Source: an uncultured Thermus sp.
GTDB lineage: Bacteria; Deinococcota; Deinococci; Deinococcales; Thermaceae
Assembly (NCBI GenBank): GCA_947085095.1
Contig: CAMTVD010000016.1
Location: forward strand, 29,056-93,055
Reading direction: 5' to 3'
DNA length: 64,000 nt
The translations under genes were made by a program, and so were the position numbers. The notes beneath the pieces are model-generated. The model made no database searches. It was not told the origin of the DNA and was given only the letters and a program-made list of their open reading frames with translations. Of the stretch, positions 1 through 8,291 are shown one piece after another; the first letter of the stretch is position 1, and each line of letters begins with the position of its first letter.

Positions 1-3000
1 CTTAGCTACCTGGGGGCCAGGATCGCCCGGGAGGCCGCCGATGCCTTTGGGGCCTTCGTGGCCGGGGCTCTGGGCCCGGGCACCAAGCTCATCTCCTTGG
101 GCCAGATCGCCTGGGAAGAGCTCCATGAGGCCTACAAGGAGGCGGCGCGGGGGCTTCTTCGGGGTGGGGTGGACCTGATCCTATTGGAGACCGCCCAGGA
201 CATCCTCCAGGTGCGCTGCGCCGTCCTGGCGGTGCGGGAGGCCATGGCCGAGGTGGGGCGGGAGGTGCCCCTCCAGGTCCAGGTGACCATAGAGGCCACG
301 GGCACCATGCTGGTGGGCACGGACGAGCAGGCGGCTTTGGCCGCCCTGGAGAGCCTCCCCATAGACGTGGTGGGGATGAACTGCGCCACCGGCCCCGACC
401 TCATGGACAGCAAGATCCGCCACTTCGCCCAGCACAGCACCCGCTTCGTCTCCTGTCTCCCCAACGCCGGCCTGCCCCGGAACGAGGGGGGGAGGGTGGT
501 CTACGACCTAAGCCCGGAGGAGCTGGCCCGCTGGCACCGCAAGTTCGTGGCGGAGTACGGGGTGAACGCCGTGGGGGGGTGTTGCGGCACGGGCCCCGAG
601 CACATCCGCAAGGTGGCGGAGGCGGTGAAGGGCCTCCCCCCTCCTCCCCGCCCCCGGGCCTTCCCCCCCCAGGCCGCCTCCTTGTACCTGGCGGTGCCCC
701 TCAAGCAGGAGGCGAGCGTCTTCCTGGTGGGGGAGAGGCTGAACGCCACGGGGAGCAAGCGCTTTCGGGAGATGCTCTTTAGCCGGGACCTCGAGGGCAT
801 CCTGGCCCTGGCGAGGGAGCAGGTGGAGGAGGGGGCCCACGCCCTGGACCTCTCCGTGGCCTGGACGGGGCGGGACGAGCTAGAGGACCTAAGGTGGCTC
901 CTCCCCCACCTGGCCACGGCGGTCACCGTGCCCTTCATGGTGGACTCCACTTCGCCGGAGGCCATGGAGCTCGCCCTTAAGCACCTTCCGGGCCGGGTTC
1001 TCCTCAACTCGGTGAACCTGGAGGAGGGGCTTCCCAAGTTTGACCAGGTGGCCTCGCTGGCCAAGGCCCACGGGGCGGCCCTGGTGGCCCTGGCCATTGA
1101 CGAGAGGGGCATGGCCAAGACGAAGGAGGAGAAGGTCCGGGTGGCCCTGAGGATGTATGAGCGCCTCACGGAGCATCACGGCTTCCGCCCCGAGGACCTC
1201 CTCTTTGACCTCCTCACCTTCCCCATCACCCAAGGGGACGAGGAGAGCCGCCCCCTGGCCCGGGAGACCCTCCTCGCCCTGGAGGAGCTAGGGGAGAGGC
1301 TTCCCGGGGTGGGGTTCATCCTGGGGGTTTCCAACGTTTCCTTCGGCCTCAGGCCCCGGGCCAGGCGGGTCCTGAACTCCGTCTTCCTGGACGAGGCCAG
1401 GAAGCGGGGCCTCACCGCCGCCATCGTGGACGCGGGGAAGATCCTCCCCATAGCCCAGATCCCCGAGGAGGCCTATGCCTTGGCCCTGGACCTCATCCAC
1501 GACCGGAGGCGGGAGGGCTTTGATCCCCTTTTCGCCTTCATGGCCTACTTTGAGGCCCACCAGGAGGACGTGGGGGCCAAGGAGGACGCCTTTTCCGCTT
1601 TGCCCCTTCTGGAAAGGCTCAGGCGGCGCGTCGTGGAGGGGCGGAAGGGGGGCCTCGAGGCCGACCTGGAGGAAGCGCTAAAGGCGGGGCACAGGCCCCT
1701 GGACCTCATCAACGGGCCCCTTCTTGAGGGGATGAAGGAGGTGGGGGAGCTCTTCGGGGCGGGGAGGATGCAGCTTCCCTTCGTCCTCCAGGCGGCGGAG
1801 GTGATGAAGCGGGCCGTGGCCTTTTTGGAGCCCCACATGGAAAAGCGGGGGGCGGGCAAGGGCAAGATGGTCCTGGCCACGGTGAAGGGGGACGTGCACG
1901 ACATCGGCAAGAACCTGGTGGACATCATCCTCACCAACAACGGCTACCGGGTGGTGAACCTGGGCATCAAGGTCCCCATAGAGGAGATGCTGAAGGCGGT
2001 GGAGGAGCACAAGCCCCACGCCCTGGGGATGTCGGGCCTCTTGGTGAAGAGCACCCAGGTGATGAAGGAAAACCTGGAGTACATGGCGGAAAGGGGCTAC
2101 ACCCTCCCCGTGATCCTGGGCGGGGCGGCCCTCACCCGGGCTTACGTGGAGGAGCTAAAGGCCATCTACCCCAACGTCTACTACGCCGAGGACGCCTTTG
2201 AGGGCCTGAGGCTCATGGAGGAGCTCACCGGCCACGCCCCTTCCGAGCTCACCCGGCGGGAGGCCCCGAAGCCCAAGAGGACCCTTCCCCAGGTGGAGGC
2301 CAGGGCCAAGCCCGTGGGGGAGGCCCCCGCCATCCCCCGCCCCCCCTTCTTCGGGGTGCGGCGGGAAGCGGGCCTGGACCTGTACACCATCGCCCACTAC
2401 CTGAACAAGCTGGCCCTCTACCGGGGGCAGTGGGGCTACAGCCGCAAGGGGCTTTCCCGGGAGGCCTGGCAGGCCCTGGTGGAGCGGGAGGCGGAGCCCG
2501 TCTTCCAGCGGCTCCTCAAGGAGGCCAAGGAGGAGGGGTGGCTGGCCCCCAAGGTCCTCTACGGCTTCTTCCCCGTGGCCCGGGAGGGGGAGGAGCTCTT
2601 GGTTTTCCACCCCGGGACCGGGGAGGTCCTGGAGCGCTTCCGCTTCCCCCGGCAACGGGGCGGGGGGCTATCCCTTTTGGACTACTTCCGCCCCCGCTTC
2701 GCCCCGCCCCTAGGGGACGAGGAGGCCTGGATGCCGGAGGCCGCCTTCCGGATGGGGGCGCGGGATGTCCTGGGAGTGCAGCTCGTCACCATGGGGGAGG
2801 AGCCCTCCTTGAAGGCCAAGGCCCTCTTTGAAAGCGGGGCCTACCAGGACTACCTCTTCGTCCACGGCTTCAGCGTGGAGATGACCGAGGCCCTGGCGGA
2901 GTACTGGCACAAGAGGATGCGGCAGATGTGGGGCATCGCGGGCCAGGACGCCACCGACGTCCGCAAGCTCTTCCAGCAGGGCTACCAGGGGGCCCGCTAC

Positions 3001-3174
3001 TCCTTCGGCTACCCCGCCTGCCCGGACCTTTCCGACCAGGCCAAGCTGGACCGCCTCATGGGCTTCGCCCGCGTGGGGGTGCGCCTCACGGAGAGCTACC
3101 AGCTGGAACCCGAGCACGCCACCAGCGCCCTGGTGGTCCACCACCCCGAGGCCCGCTACTTCAGCGTGGACTGA
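1..3174 (+). CDS. metH: Cobalamin-dependent methionine synthase (5' end lies outside the window)
   Basis: Frame is open from base 1. Hcy/Zn motifs NCATGP and GGCCGT, pterin domain GERLNATGSK, B12-binding DVHDIGKN, activation domain RYSFGYPACPDL. Confidence 0.97.
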   Translation, partial: LSYLGARIAREAADAFGAFVAGALGPGTKLISLGQIAWEELHEAYKEAARGLLRGGVDLILLETAQDILQVRCAVLAVREAMAEVGREVPLQVQVTIEATGTMLVGTDEQAALAALESLPIDVVGMNCATGPDLMDSKIRHFAQHSTRFVSCLPNAGLPRNEGGRVVYDLSPEELARWHRKFVAEYGVNAVGGCCGTGPEHIRKVAEAVKGLPPPPRPRAFPPQAASLYLAVPLKQEASVFLVGERLNATGSKRFREMLFSRDLEGILALAREQVEEGAHALDLSVAWTGRDELEDLRWLLPHLATAVTVPFMVDSTSPEAMELALKHLPGRVLLNSVNLEEGLPKFDQVASLAKAHGAALVALAIDERGMAKTKEEKVRVALRMYERLTEHHGFRPEDLLFDLLTFPITQGDEESRPLARETLLALEELGERLPGVGFILGVSNVSFGLRPRARRVLNSVFLDEARKRGLTAAIVDAGKILPIAQIPEEAYALALDLIHDRRREGFDPLFAFMAYFEAHQEDVGAKEDAFSALPLLERLRRRVVEGRKGGLEADLEEALKAGHRPLDLINGPLLEGMKEVGELFGAGRMQLPFVLQAAEVMKRAVAFLEPHMEKRGAGKGKMVLATVKGDVHDIGKNLVDIILTNNGYRVVNLGIKVPIEEMLKAVEEHKPHALGMSGLLVKSTQVMKENLEYMAERGYTLPVILGGAALTRAYVEELKAIYPNVYYAEDAFEGLRLMEELTGHAPSELTRREAPKPKRTLPQVEARAKPVGEAPAIPRPPFFGVRREAGLDLYTIAHYLNKLALYRGQWGYSRKGLSREAWQALVEREAEPVFQRLLKEAKEEGWLAPKVLYGFFPVAREGEELLVFHPGTGEVLERFRFPRQRGGGLSLLDYFRPRFAPPLGDEEAWMPEAAFRMGARDVLGVQLVTMGEEPSLKAKALFESGAYQDYLFVHGFSVEMTEALAEYWHKRMRQMWGIAGQDATDVRKLFQQGYQGARYSFGYPACPDLSDQAKLDRLMGFARVGVRLTESYQLEPEHATSALVVHHPEARYFSVD

Positions 3175-3177
3175 CCC

Positions 3178-3699
3178 TTAGACCCACCAGGCGATGGGGC
3201 GGGTGGGGAAGGCTCTGGGGGCCACGGCCTCCCCCTTGGGGTGGCGCTCCATGGCGTAGTGGGGGAAGGCGTAGACCTCGAGGACCTCCTCCACCAGGTT
3301 CACCAGCCAGATCTCGGGGATGCCCGCCTTCTGGTAGAGGGGGAGCTTCAGGGTGCGGTCCTGGACCAGGGTGGTGTCCGCGATCTCCACCAGGAGGAGG
3401 ACGTCCTCAGGGCCGGGGTCCCGCTCTCGGTAGGCCTCCAGGGAAGGGCGGAGAAGGGCCAGGTCCGGGATGGGCTCCGAGTCGGCGGAAAGGGCTAGGG
3501 GGCACTGGACCATGACCACGGCTTCGTCGCCGAAGGCTTCCTGAAAGACCCTGTCCAGGTGCATTACGTAGAGCCGATGCTTTTTCCCCATGGGCGACAC
3601 GGCGTACACCTCCCCTTCCAGAAGCTCCACCCGCTCGGGAAGGGCCCCTGCCTCGTAGGCCTTGTGGTAGGCCTCCACCGTGAAGCGGTGCTTGACCAT
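3178..3699 (-). CDS. Uma2/DUF820 family PD-(D/E)XK-like protein
   Basis: HRFTVEAY...ERVELLEG...SPMGKKH...EPIPDL...LLVEIADTT...KLPLY...GIPEIW pattern typical of Uma2. Confidence 0.9.
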   Translation of the reverse strand: MVKHRFTVEAYHKAYEAGALPERVELLEGEVYAVSPMGKKHRLYVMHLDRVFQEAFGDEAVVMVQCPLALSADSEPIPDLALLRPSLEAYRERDPGPEDVLLLVEIADTTLVQDRTLKLPLYQKAGIPEIWLVNLVEEVLEVYAFPHYAMERHPKGEAVAPRAFPTRPIAWWV

Positions 3700-3707
3700 C
3701 TCCCCTG

Positions 3708-3715
3708 AGTATACT
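3708..3715. promoter_or_regulatory. Palindromic AGTATACT giving a TATACT -10 hexamer on both strands (divergent leaderless promoters)
   Basis: TATACT lies 6 nt before GTG 3722 (+) and 8 nt before ATG 3699 (-). The intergenic gap is only 22 bp. Confidence 0.65.
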
Positions 3716-3721
3716 TCGGCC

Positions 3722-5572
3722 GTGCTGGGCCTCTACCACGCCGCCCGCCTTCTTGGGCTCCGCCCGGCCCTCCTGGAGTCCCTGGGGCCAAAGACCCCCT
3801 TTTCCCGGCTCTCCCTCCTGGGGCTAAGGCCCCGGCACCGCCTCGAGGTCCTGGAGGACAGGCTCTACCTGGATGGGCGCCGGGTGGGGGAGGCATTGGA
3901 CCTCTTCCGCTATCTGGAAAGGGGCCTGGGCCGGGGCTTTTTCCCGGCCTGGATGGGCTTTTTCGCCTACGAGTTCGCCCGCCACCTGGGGCTTCCCACC
4001 CACCCGCCCGTGCCCGGCCTCCCCGAGGCCGCCTTCTTCTACTACCCTGAGGGCTTCGCCCTCCTGGAGGGGAGGTTGGTGGAGCGGCCCCCCTTCCCCC
4101 CAAGGCCCTTCCCTTACCTCCCGCCCACCTTTCCGCCCCTTGACCTGAGGAGCGACTACCCCGAGGCCCGCTTCCTGGAAGGGGTGAAGGAAGTCCAGGA
4201 GCGGATCCGGGCCGGGGTGGTCTACCAGGTGAACCTCTCCCACCGCTTCCGGGTCCGGGCGCCCCTGGACCCCCTGGCCCTCTACGCCCGCCTTCGGGAG
4301 CTGAACCCCTCCCCCTTCATGGGGCTTTTGGAAGGGGAGGGGTGGGCGGTGGTCTCGGGGAGCCCGGAGCGGCTCTTCCAAAAGGTGGGGGCCAGGGTCC
4401 TGGCCCGGCCCATCGCCGGGACCCGGCCCCGGGGGCGGGGCGAGGCAGAGGACCAAACTCTGGAGCGGGAGCTCCTCTCCTCCCCCAAGGAGCGGGCGGA
4501 GCACGCCATGCTGGTGGACCTGGTGCGCAACGACCTGGCCAGGGTGGCCCTGCCCGGGACGGTGCGGGTGCGGGAGCTTTTCACCGTGGAGCGCTACGCC
4601 CACGTGATGCACCTGGTTTCCGAGGTGGAGGGGTATACCCGGGCCCCCTTGGGGGAGGTCTTCGCCGCCCTCTTCCCCGGGGGGACCATCACCGGGGCCC
4701 CCAAGGGCACGGTCATGGAGGCTATCCGGGACCTCGAGCCCGTCCCCCGGGGGGCCTACACCGGGAGCCTGGGGTACGTGTCCGGCAGGGGGGCGGACTT
4801 CAACATCCTCATCCGCTCCTTCTACCGGGTGGGGGATACCCTCCACTTCTCCGCGGGGGCCGGGGTGGTCATCGCCTCCTCCCCCGAGGCGGAGTACCGG
4901 GAGACCCTCCACAAGGCGGAAGGGCTTCTAAGGGCCCTGAAGGGAGGACGTCCGGGAAGTCCCCTCGCCCCCCCTAAGCCCACCGCCTTCTGGGCCCCGC
5001 CCCCCCCACCCCGCCGGGTGGCCGCCCGGGTCCTCTTCCTGGAGAACCGGGACTCCTTCAGCTACAACCTGGTGGACTACCTGCGGGCCCTGGGGGCGGA
5101 GGTGGCCGTGGTGGACCAGGAGGAGGACCCCAGGTTTTCCGGTTTTACCCACCTCCTGGTGGGCCCGGGGCCCAAGGACCCCTTCACCGCCGGAAGGGTC
5201 TTGGAGTGGACAAAAAGGGCCCTAAAGGAGGGGATCCCCTTCCTCGGGGTCTGCCTGGGCCACCAGGCCCTGGGGGTGGCCCTGGGGGCGGAGCTTTACC
5301 GGGAGGCCCCGGTGCACGGGGAGGCCCACCCCGTCCACCACTCGGGGGAGGCCTTGTTCCGGGGTTTTCCCGACCCCCTGCCCTTCGCCCGCTACCACTC
5401 CCTGGCCCTGAGGCGGCTCCCCTCTGGCCTCCGCCTTTTGGCCTGGACGGGGGACGGGGTGCCCATGGCCATCTGGGACGGTAAGGCGGCCTTTGGCGTT
5501 CAGTTCCACCCAGAGAGCATCCTCTCCCCCTGGGGCATGGAGCTTCTGGCGCGGTTTCTGGAGGTGGGATGA
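3722..5572 (+). CDS. pabB: Aminodeoxychorismate synthase, PabB-PabA fusion (chorismate-binding + glutamine amidotransferase domains)
   Basis: YQVNLS, SGSPE, RPIAGT, KERAEHAMLVDLVRNDL, then GATase motifs NRDSFSYN, GVCLGHQ, QFHPES. Adjacent to pabC. Start moved to GTG 3722 after the -10 box. Confidence 0.88.
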   Translation: MLGLYHAARLLGLRPALLESLGPKTPFSRLSLLGLRPRHRLEVLEDRLYLDGRRVGEALDLFRYLERGLGRGFFPAWMGFFAYEFARHLGLPTHPPVPGLPEAAFFYYPEGFALLEGRLVERPPFPPRPFPYLPPTFPPLDLRSDYPEARFLEGVKEVQERIRAGVVYQVNLSHRFRVRAPLDPLALYARLRELNPSPFMGLLEGEGWAVVSGSPERLFQKVGARVLARPIAGTRPRGRGEAEDQTLERELLSSPKERAEHAMLVDLVRNDLARVALPGTVRVRELFTVERYAHVMHLVSEVEGYTRAPLGEVFAALFPGGTITGAPKGTVMEAIRDLEPVPRGAYTGSLGYVSGRGADFNILIRSFYRVGDTLHFSAGAGVVIASSPEAEYRETLHKAEGLLRALKGGRPGSPLAPPKPTAFWAPPPPPRRVAARVLFLENRDSFSYNLVDYLRALGAEVAVVDQEEDPRFSGFTHLLVGPGPKDPFTAGRVLEWTKRALKEGIPFLGVCLGHQALGVALGAELYREAPVHGEAHPVHHSGEALFRGFPDPLPFARYHSLALRRLPSGLRLLAWTGDGVPMAIWDGKAAFGVQFHPESILSPWGMELLARFLEVG

Positions 5573-6315
5573 AGCGGGTTCTCCTCCGCGGCGAGCCCTT
5601 CCCTGAGCCCCTTCCCGAGGGCTTCCTCTACCACGGGCATAGCGTCTTTACCACCCTAAGGGCCGAGGGGGGGAGGCCCCTTTGGCTGGAGGACCACCTC
5701 GCCCGCCTCCGCCGCCACGCGGAGGCCCTGGGGCTTTCCTACCCCGGGGACGAGGCCTTCCTGAAGGACCTAAAGGCCCTCCTCGCCGCTTTTCCCGAGT
5801 CTCCCTGCCTTCGCCTCCGCCTCACCGTGGGGGAGGGGGTGTGGCTTTCCGAGGCCCGGCCCTACACGCCCCCGCCCCTCGCCCTCTACCGGGAGGGGGT
5901 CCGGGTCCACCTCAGCGCCCACCGGGTCCACCCCGACCTCTACCGGTACAAGACGGGGAACTACCTCCCCTACCGCCTGGCCCTGAGGGAGGCGGAGGAG
6001 AGGGGGGCCTTTGAGGGTCTTCTTTTGGACCAGGAGGGGCGCGTGGTGGATGGGAGCCGCACCAGCCCCCTCCTTTTCCGGGAGGGGACGCTTTACCTCC
6101 TGGAGGGGGGCCTCGAGGGCATCACCCGGGAGAGGGTGGCCCAGGCCGCCCTGGCCTTGGGCTTCCGGGTGGAGCGGGTCCGTTTGCGCCCTGAAGAGCT
6201 GGAGGGTACCCTCCTCCTCGCGGGGAGCGGGGTGGGCCTCCTTCCCGTGGGCAGGCCCCCTGGGGCCCTCCTTCCCCTCATAGAGCGCTTCCTCCCCGCC
6301 TGCTATACTGAATAG
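5569..6315 (+). CDS. pabC: 4-amino-4-deoxychorismate lyase / class IV aminotransferase
   Basis: FTTLR, HLARL, YKTGNY, EGITRE motifs. Overlaps the pabBA stop. Confidence 0.85.
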   Translation: MKRVLLRGEPFPEPLPEGFLYHGHSVFTTLRAEGGRPLWLEDHLARLRRHAEALGLSYPGDEAFLKDLKALLAAFPESPCLRLRLTVGEGVWLSEARPYTPPPLALYREGVRVHLSAHRVHPDLYRYKTGNYLPYRLALREAEERGAFEGLLLDQEGRVVDGSRTSPLLFREGTLYLLEGGLEGITRERVAQAALALGFRVERVRLRPEELEGTLLLAGSGVGLLPVGRPPGALLPLIERFLPACYTE

Positions 6316-6374
6316 CGGTACCGCCAGCCCGAGGGTCCTGGGCTGGTCCCCCTTTTTGCACGGAGGAAAGAGGC

Positions 6375-6845
6375 ATGAAGAAGCCCATTTACCTGACCCC
6401 TGAGGGCTTTCGGCGCCTTCAGGAGGAGCTCAACCACCTGAAAACCACCAAGCGGCAGGAGATCTCCGCCGACTTTGAGCAGGCTTTGGAGGAAGGGGAC
6501 CTCCGGGAGAACGCCGGCTACGACGAGGCCCGGCGGGCCATGTGGCAGAACGAGGCCCGCATCGCCCAGCTGGAAGACCTCCTCGCCCGGGCGGTGGTGG
6601 TGGAGGGGAATGGCTCCTACGACCAGGTGGCCCTGGGGTGCCAGGTGGAGCTGGAAACGGAAACCGGGGAGAGGCTCTCCCTGGCCATCGTGGGGAGCCA
6701 CGAGGCGGACATCTTCAGCGGCAGGATCTCTGACGAGTCCCCCCTGGGCCAGGCCCTCCTGGGCAAAAAGGTGGGGGACGTGGTGGAGATAAGGGGCAAG
6801 AAGGGAGCCCAGGTCTACACCATCCTGGAGATCAAACCCCTATAG
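6375..6845 (+). CDS. greA: Transcription elongation factor GreA
   Basis: YLTPEG...EGDLRENAGYDEAR...ISDESPLGQALLG. GGAGG RBS upstream. Confidence 0.95.
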   Translation: MKKPIYLTPEGFRRLQEELNHLKTTKRQEISADFEQALEEGDLRENAGYDEARRAMWQNEARIAQLEDLLARAVVVEGNGSYDQVALGCQVELETETGERLSLAIVGSHEADIFSGRISDESPLGQALLGKKVGDVVEIRGKKGAQVYTILEIKPL

Positions 6846-7497
6846 CCTCCGCCGAGCGCAAGGGGCCCAGGTGCTCCTCCGCGTGGGCCTTCAGGGCCAG
6901 GAGGAGGCGGTCCAGGGGGGCTTCCTCTAGGTAGGGGAGGGCCTCCCCTCCGGGAAGGTGGAGCACCGCCCGCAAGGCCTCTACCGCCTTCTCTCCCAAG
7001 TAGACCCCCTCCTCCCCCAAGCGCCCCCCCCGAAGGTGCAGGCCCGGCCCCAGGAGGCTTGGGGAAAGCCCCCCCGCCTTCACCACCCGCCAGCCCGCCC
7101 AGACCAGGGGGAGGAGGGGGTTTTCGTGCTTGGCGATGCCCCTGAGGCCGGAGACGAAGACGGGGTAGATCCTGGGGGCGGCTTCGGGGGAGGCCAGGCG
7201 GTAGCTGAGCTCGGCCAGAAAGGAGGCGAGGAGGAAGCGCCTTGGCTCCTCCAGGCCGTGGAGCCTGCCCACCAGCTCCGCCTGGGTCAGGGTGGGGAGG
7301 CCCTCCTCCTTGGCGTAGAGCTGGAAGCGCACGTGGTGAAAGAGGGAAAGCCTACCCGTGCGGCCCGTGGGCCTCTGGCCTTTGCGGGCCACGGCCTCGA
7401 GGCTCCCCCTGGGGGTGAGGAAGCGGAGGAGGAGGTCCCCCTGGGGCAGGGGCCTTCTGCCCACCACGATGCCCTCCTCAACCCGGTACCTTTCCAC
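6832..7497 (-). CDS. recO: DNA repair protein RecO
   Basis: N-terminal OB fold (EGIVV..R...GDLLLRFLTPRG..AVARKG). Deinococcus-Thermus RecO-like. Confidence 0.85.
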   Translation of the reverse strand: MERYRVEEGIVVGRRPLPQGDLLLRFLTPRGSLEAVARKGQRPTGRTGRLSLFHHVRFQLYAKEEGLPTLTQAELVGRLHGLEEPRRFLLASFLAELSYRLASPEAAPRIYPVFVSGLRGIAKHENPLLPLVWAGWRVVKAGGLSPSLLGPGLHLRGGRLGEEGVYLGEKAVEALRAVLHLPGGEALPYLEEAPLDRLLLALKAHAEEHLGPLRSAEAIGV

Positions 7498-7504
7498 TTT
7501 CCCT

Positions 7505-7514
7505 AGTGTATGCT
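7505..7514. promoter_or_regulatory. Overlapping divergent -10 boxes (TACACT on -, TATGCT on +)
   Basis: 7 nt before the recO GTG and 6 nt before ATG 7521. 23-bp intergenic gap, no SD sequence. Confidence 0.6.
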
Positions 7515-7520
7515 GAAGGC

Positions 7521-7760
7521 ATGGAACGCACTCTGCGCGACATCCTGGAATGGGTGGTCCTGGGGCTTCTGGTGGTGGTGGGGGTCCTCCTGGCCCTCTG
7601 GGTGGGGGGCTGGGTCTTCACCTTTTTGGGCAAGGTCCTCCTGGCCCTCTCCGGCCTCATCTGGACTCTCCTCACCTACGCCATCCCTGTCCTGATCGTG
7701 GCCGCCATCGGCTACGGGGTGGTCTACTTCTTGCAGAGGCGCTCTACCAAAGCTTCCTAA
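7521..7760 (+). CDS. Small hydrophobic membrane protein, unknown function
   Basis: 79 aa, almost entirely hydrophobic, with host-like codon usage. Confidence 0.75.
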   Translation: MERTLRDILEWVVLGLLVVVGVLLALWVGGWVFTFLGKVLLALSGLIWTLLTYAIPVLIVAAIGYGVVYFLQRRSTKAS

Positions 7761-7784
7761 CCTTTTCCCCGGGGCAAAGACCTG

Positions 7785-7927
7785 GAGCCTTCGCGGGGTT
7801 GCCTGGAGGAGGCCCCCATCTCTTGGGCTTCCGCAAGGCCTACGGGGAGCTCCTGGAGCTCCAGGCCCACAGGCTGAAGGCATCTATCCTGGGGAAAGAC
7901 GCCTACACGCCGTATTACTTACGCTAG
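7785..7927 (+). pseudogene. cas1: 3' remnant of a CRISPR-associated cas1 gene
   Basis: One frame reads HLLGFRKAYGELLELQAHRLKASILGKDAYTPYYLR*, resembling my recollection of the C-terminus of Thermus type III-associated Cas1 (HPLGFRK..GE..E.QA.RLKA..LG...YTPFYL). The upstream part is frameshifted or missing. It sits directly before the CRISPR leader. The left boundary is approximate. Confidence 0.78.
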
Positions 7928-8291
7928 GGATAGTTGCTATCAAGCTTAGGCTTGCGCGAACGAACCGGCATTTCTTTACGCTTCAGTAGCGTTTAGTATC
8001 CTTGTTCAAAGCATTTCTGCCCTATTTTTTTGACCTGGTATACCGTTTCGGTGATGTGCTATAATGAGCCCGTCCCGGGTAACCGGGAGGGGATCTTGAA
8101 AGCCAAACTTCCCTTGGGGATGGGCAATATGCGTTTTCACCTTCTCATCGCACCTTCTGCTGTGGCTTGAGGATGGGGCAAAACCCCCCAAAAACCCCCT
8201 TTATTCGCCTTACGCATATTCCAAGCTTCATCTTTCTCACAAACCCCCCCTCCAAAAGCCCCGTCCCACACAGGGAAAACCAGGGGGTAGA
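7928..8291 (+). promoter_or_regulatory. CRISPR leader with extended -10 promoter (TGcTATAAT at 8057-8065)
   Basis: AT-rich, ORF-poor stretch abutting the first intact repeat, at the opposite end from the degenerate repeat. Confidence 0.8.
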
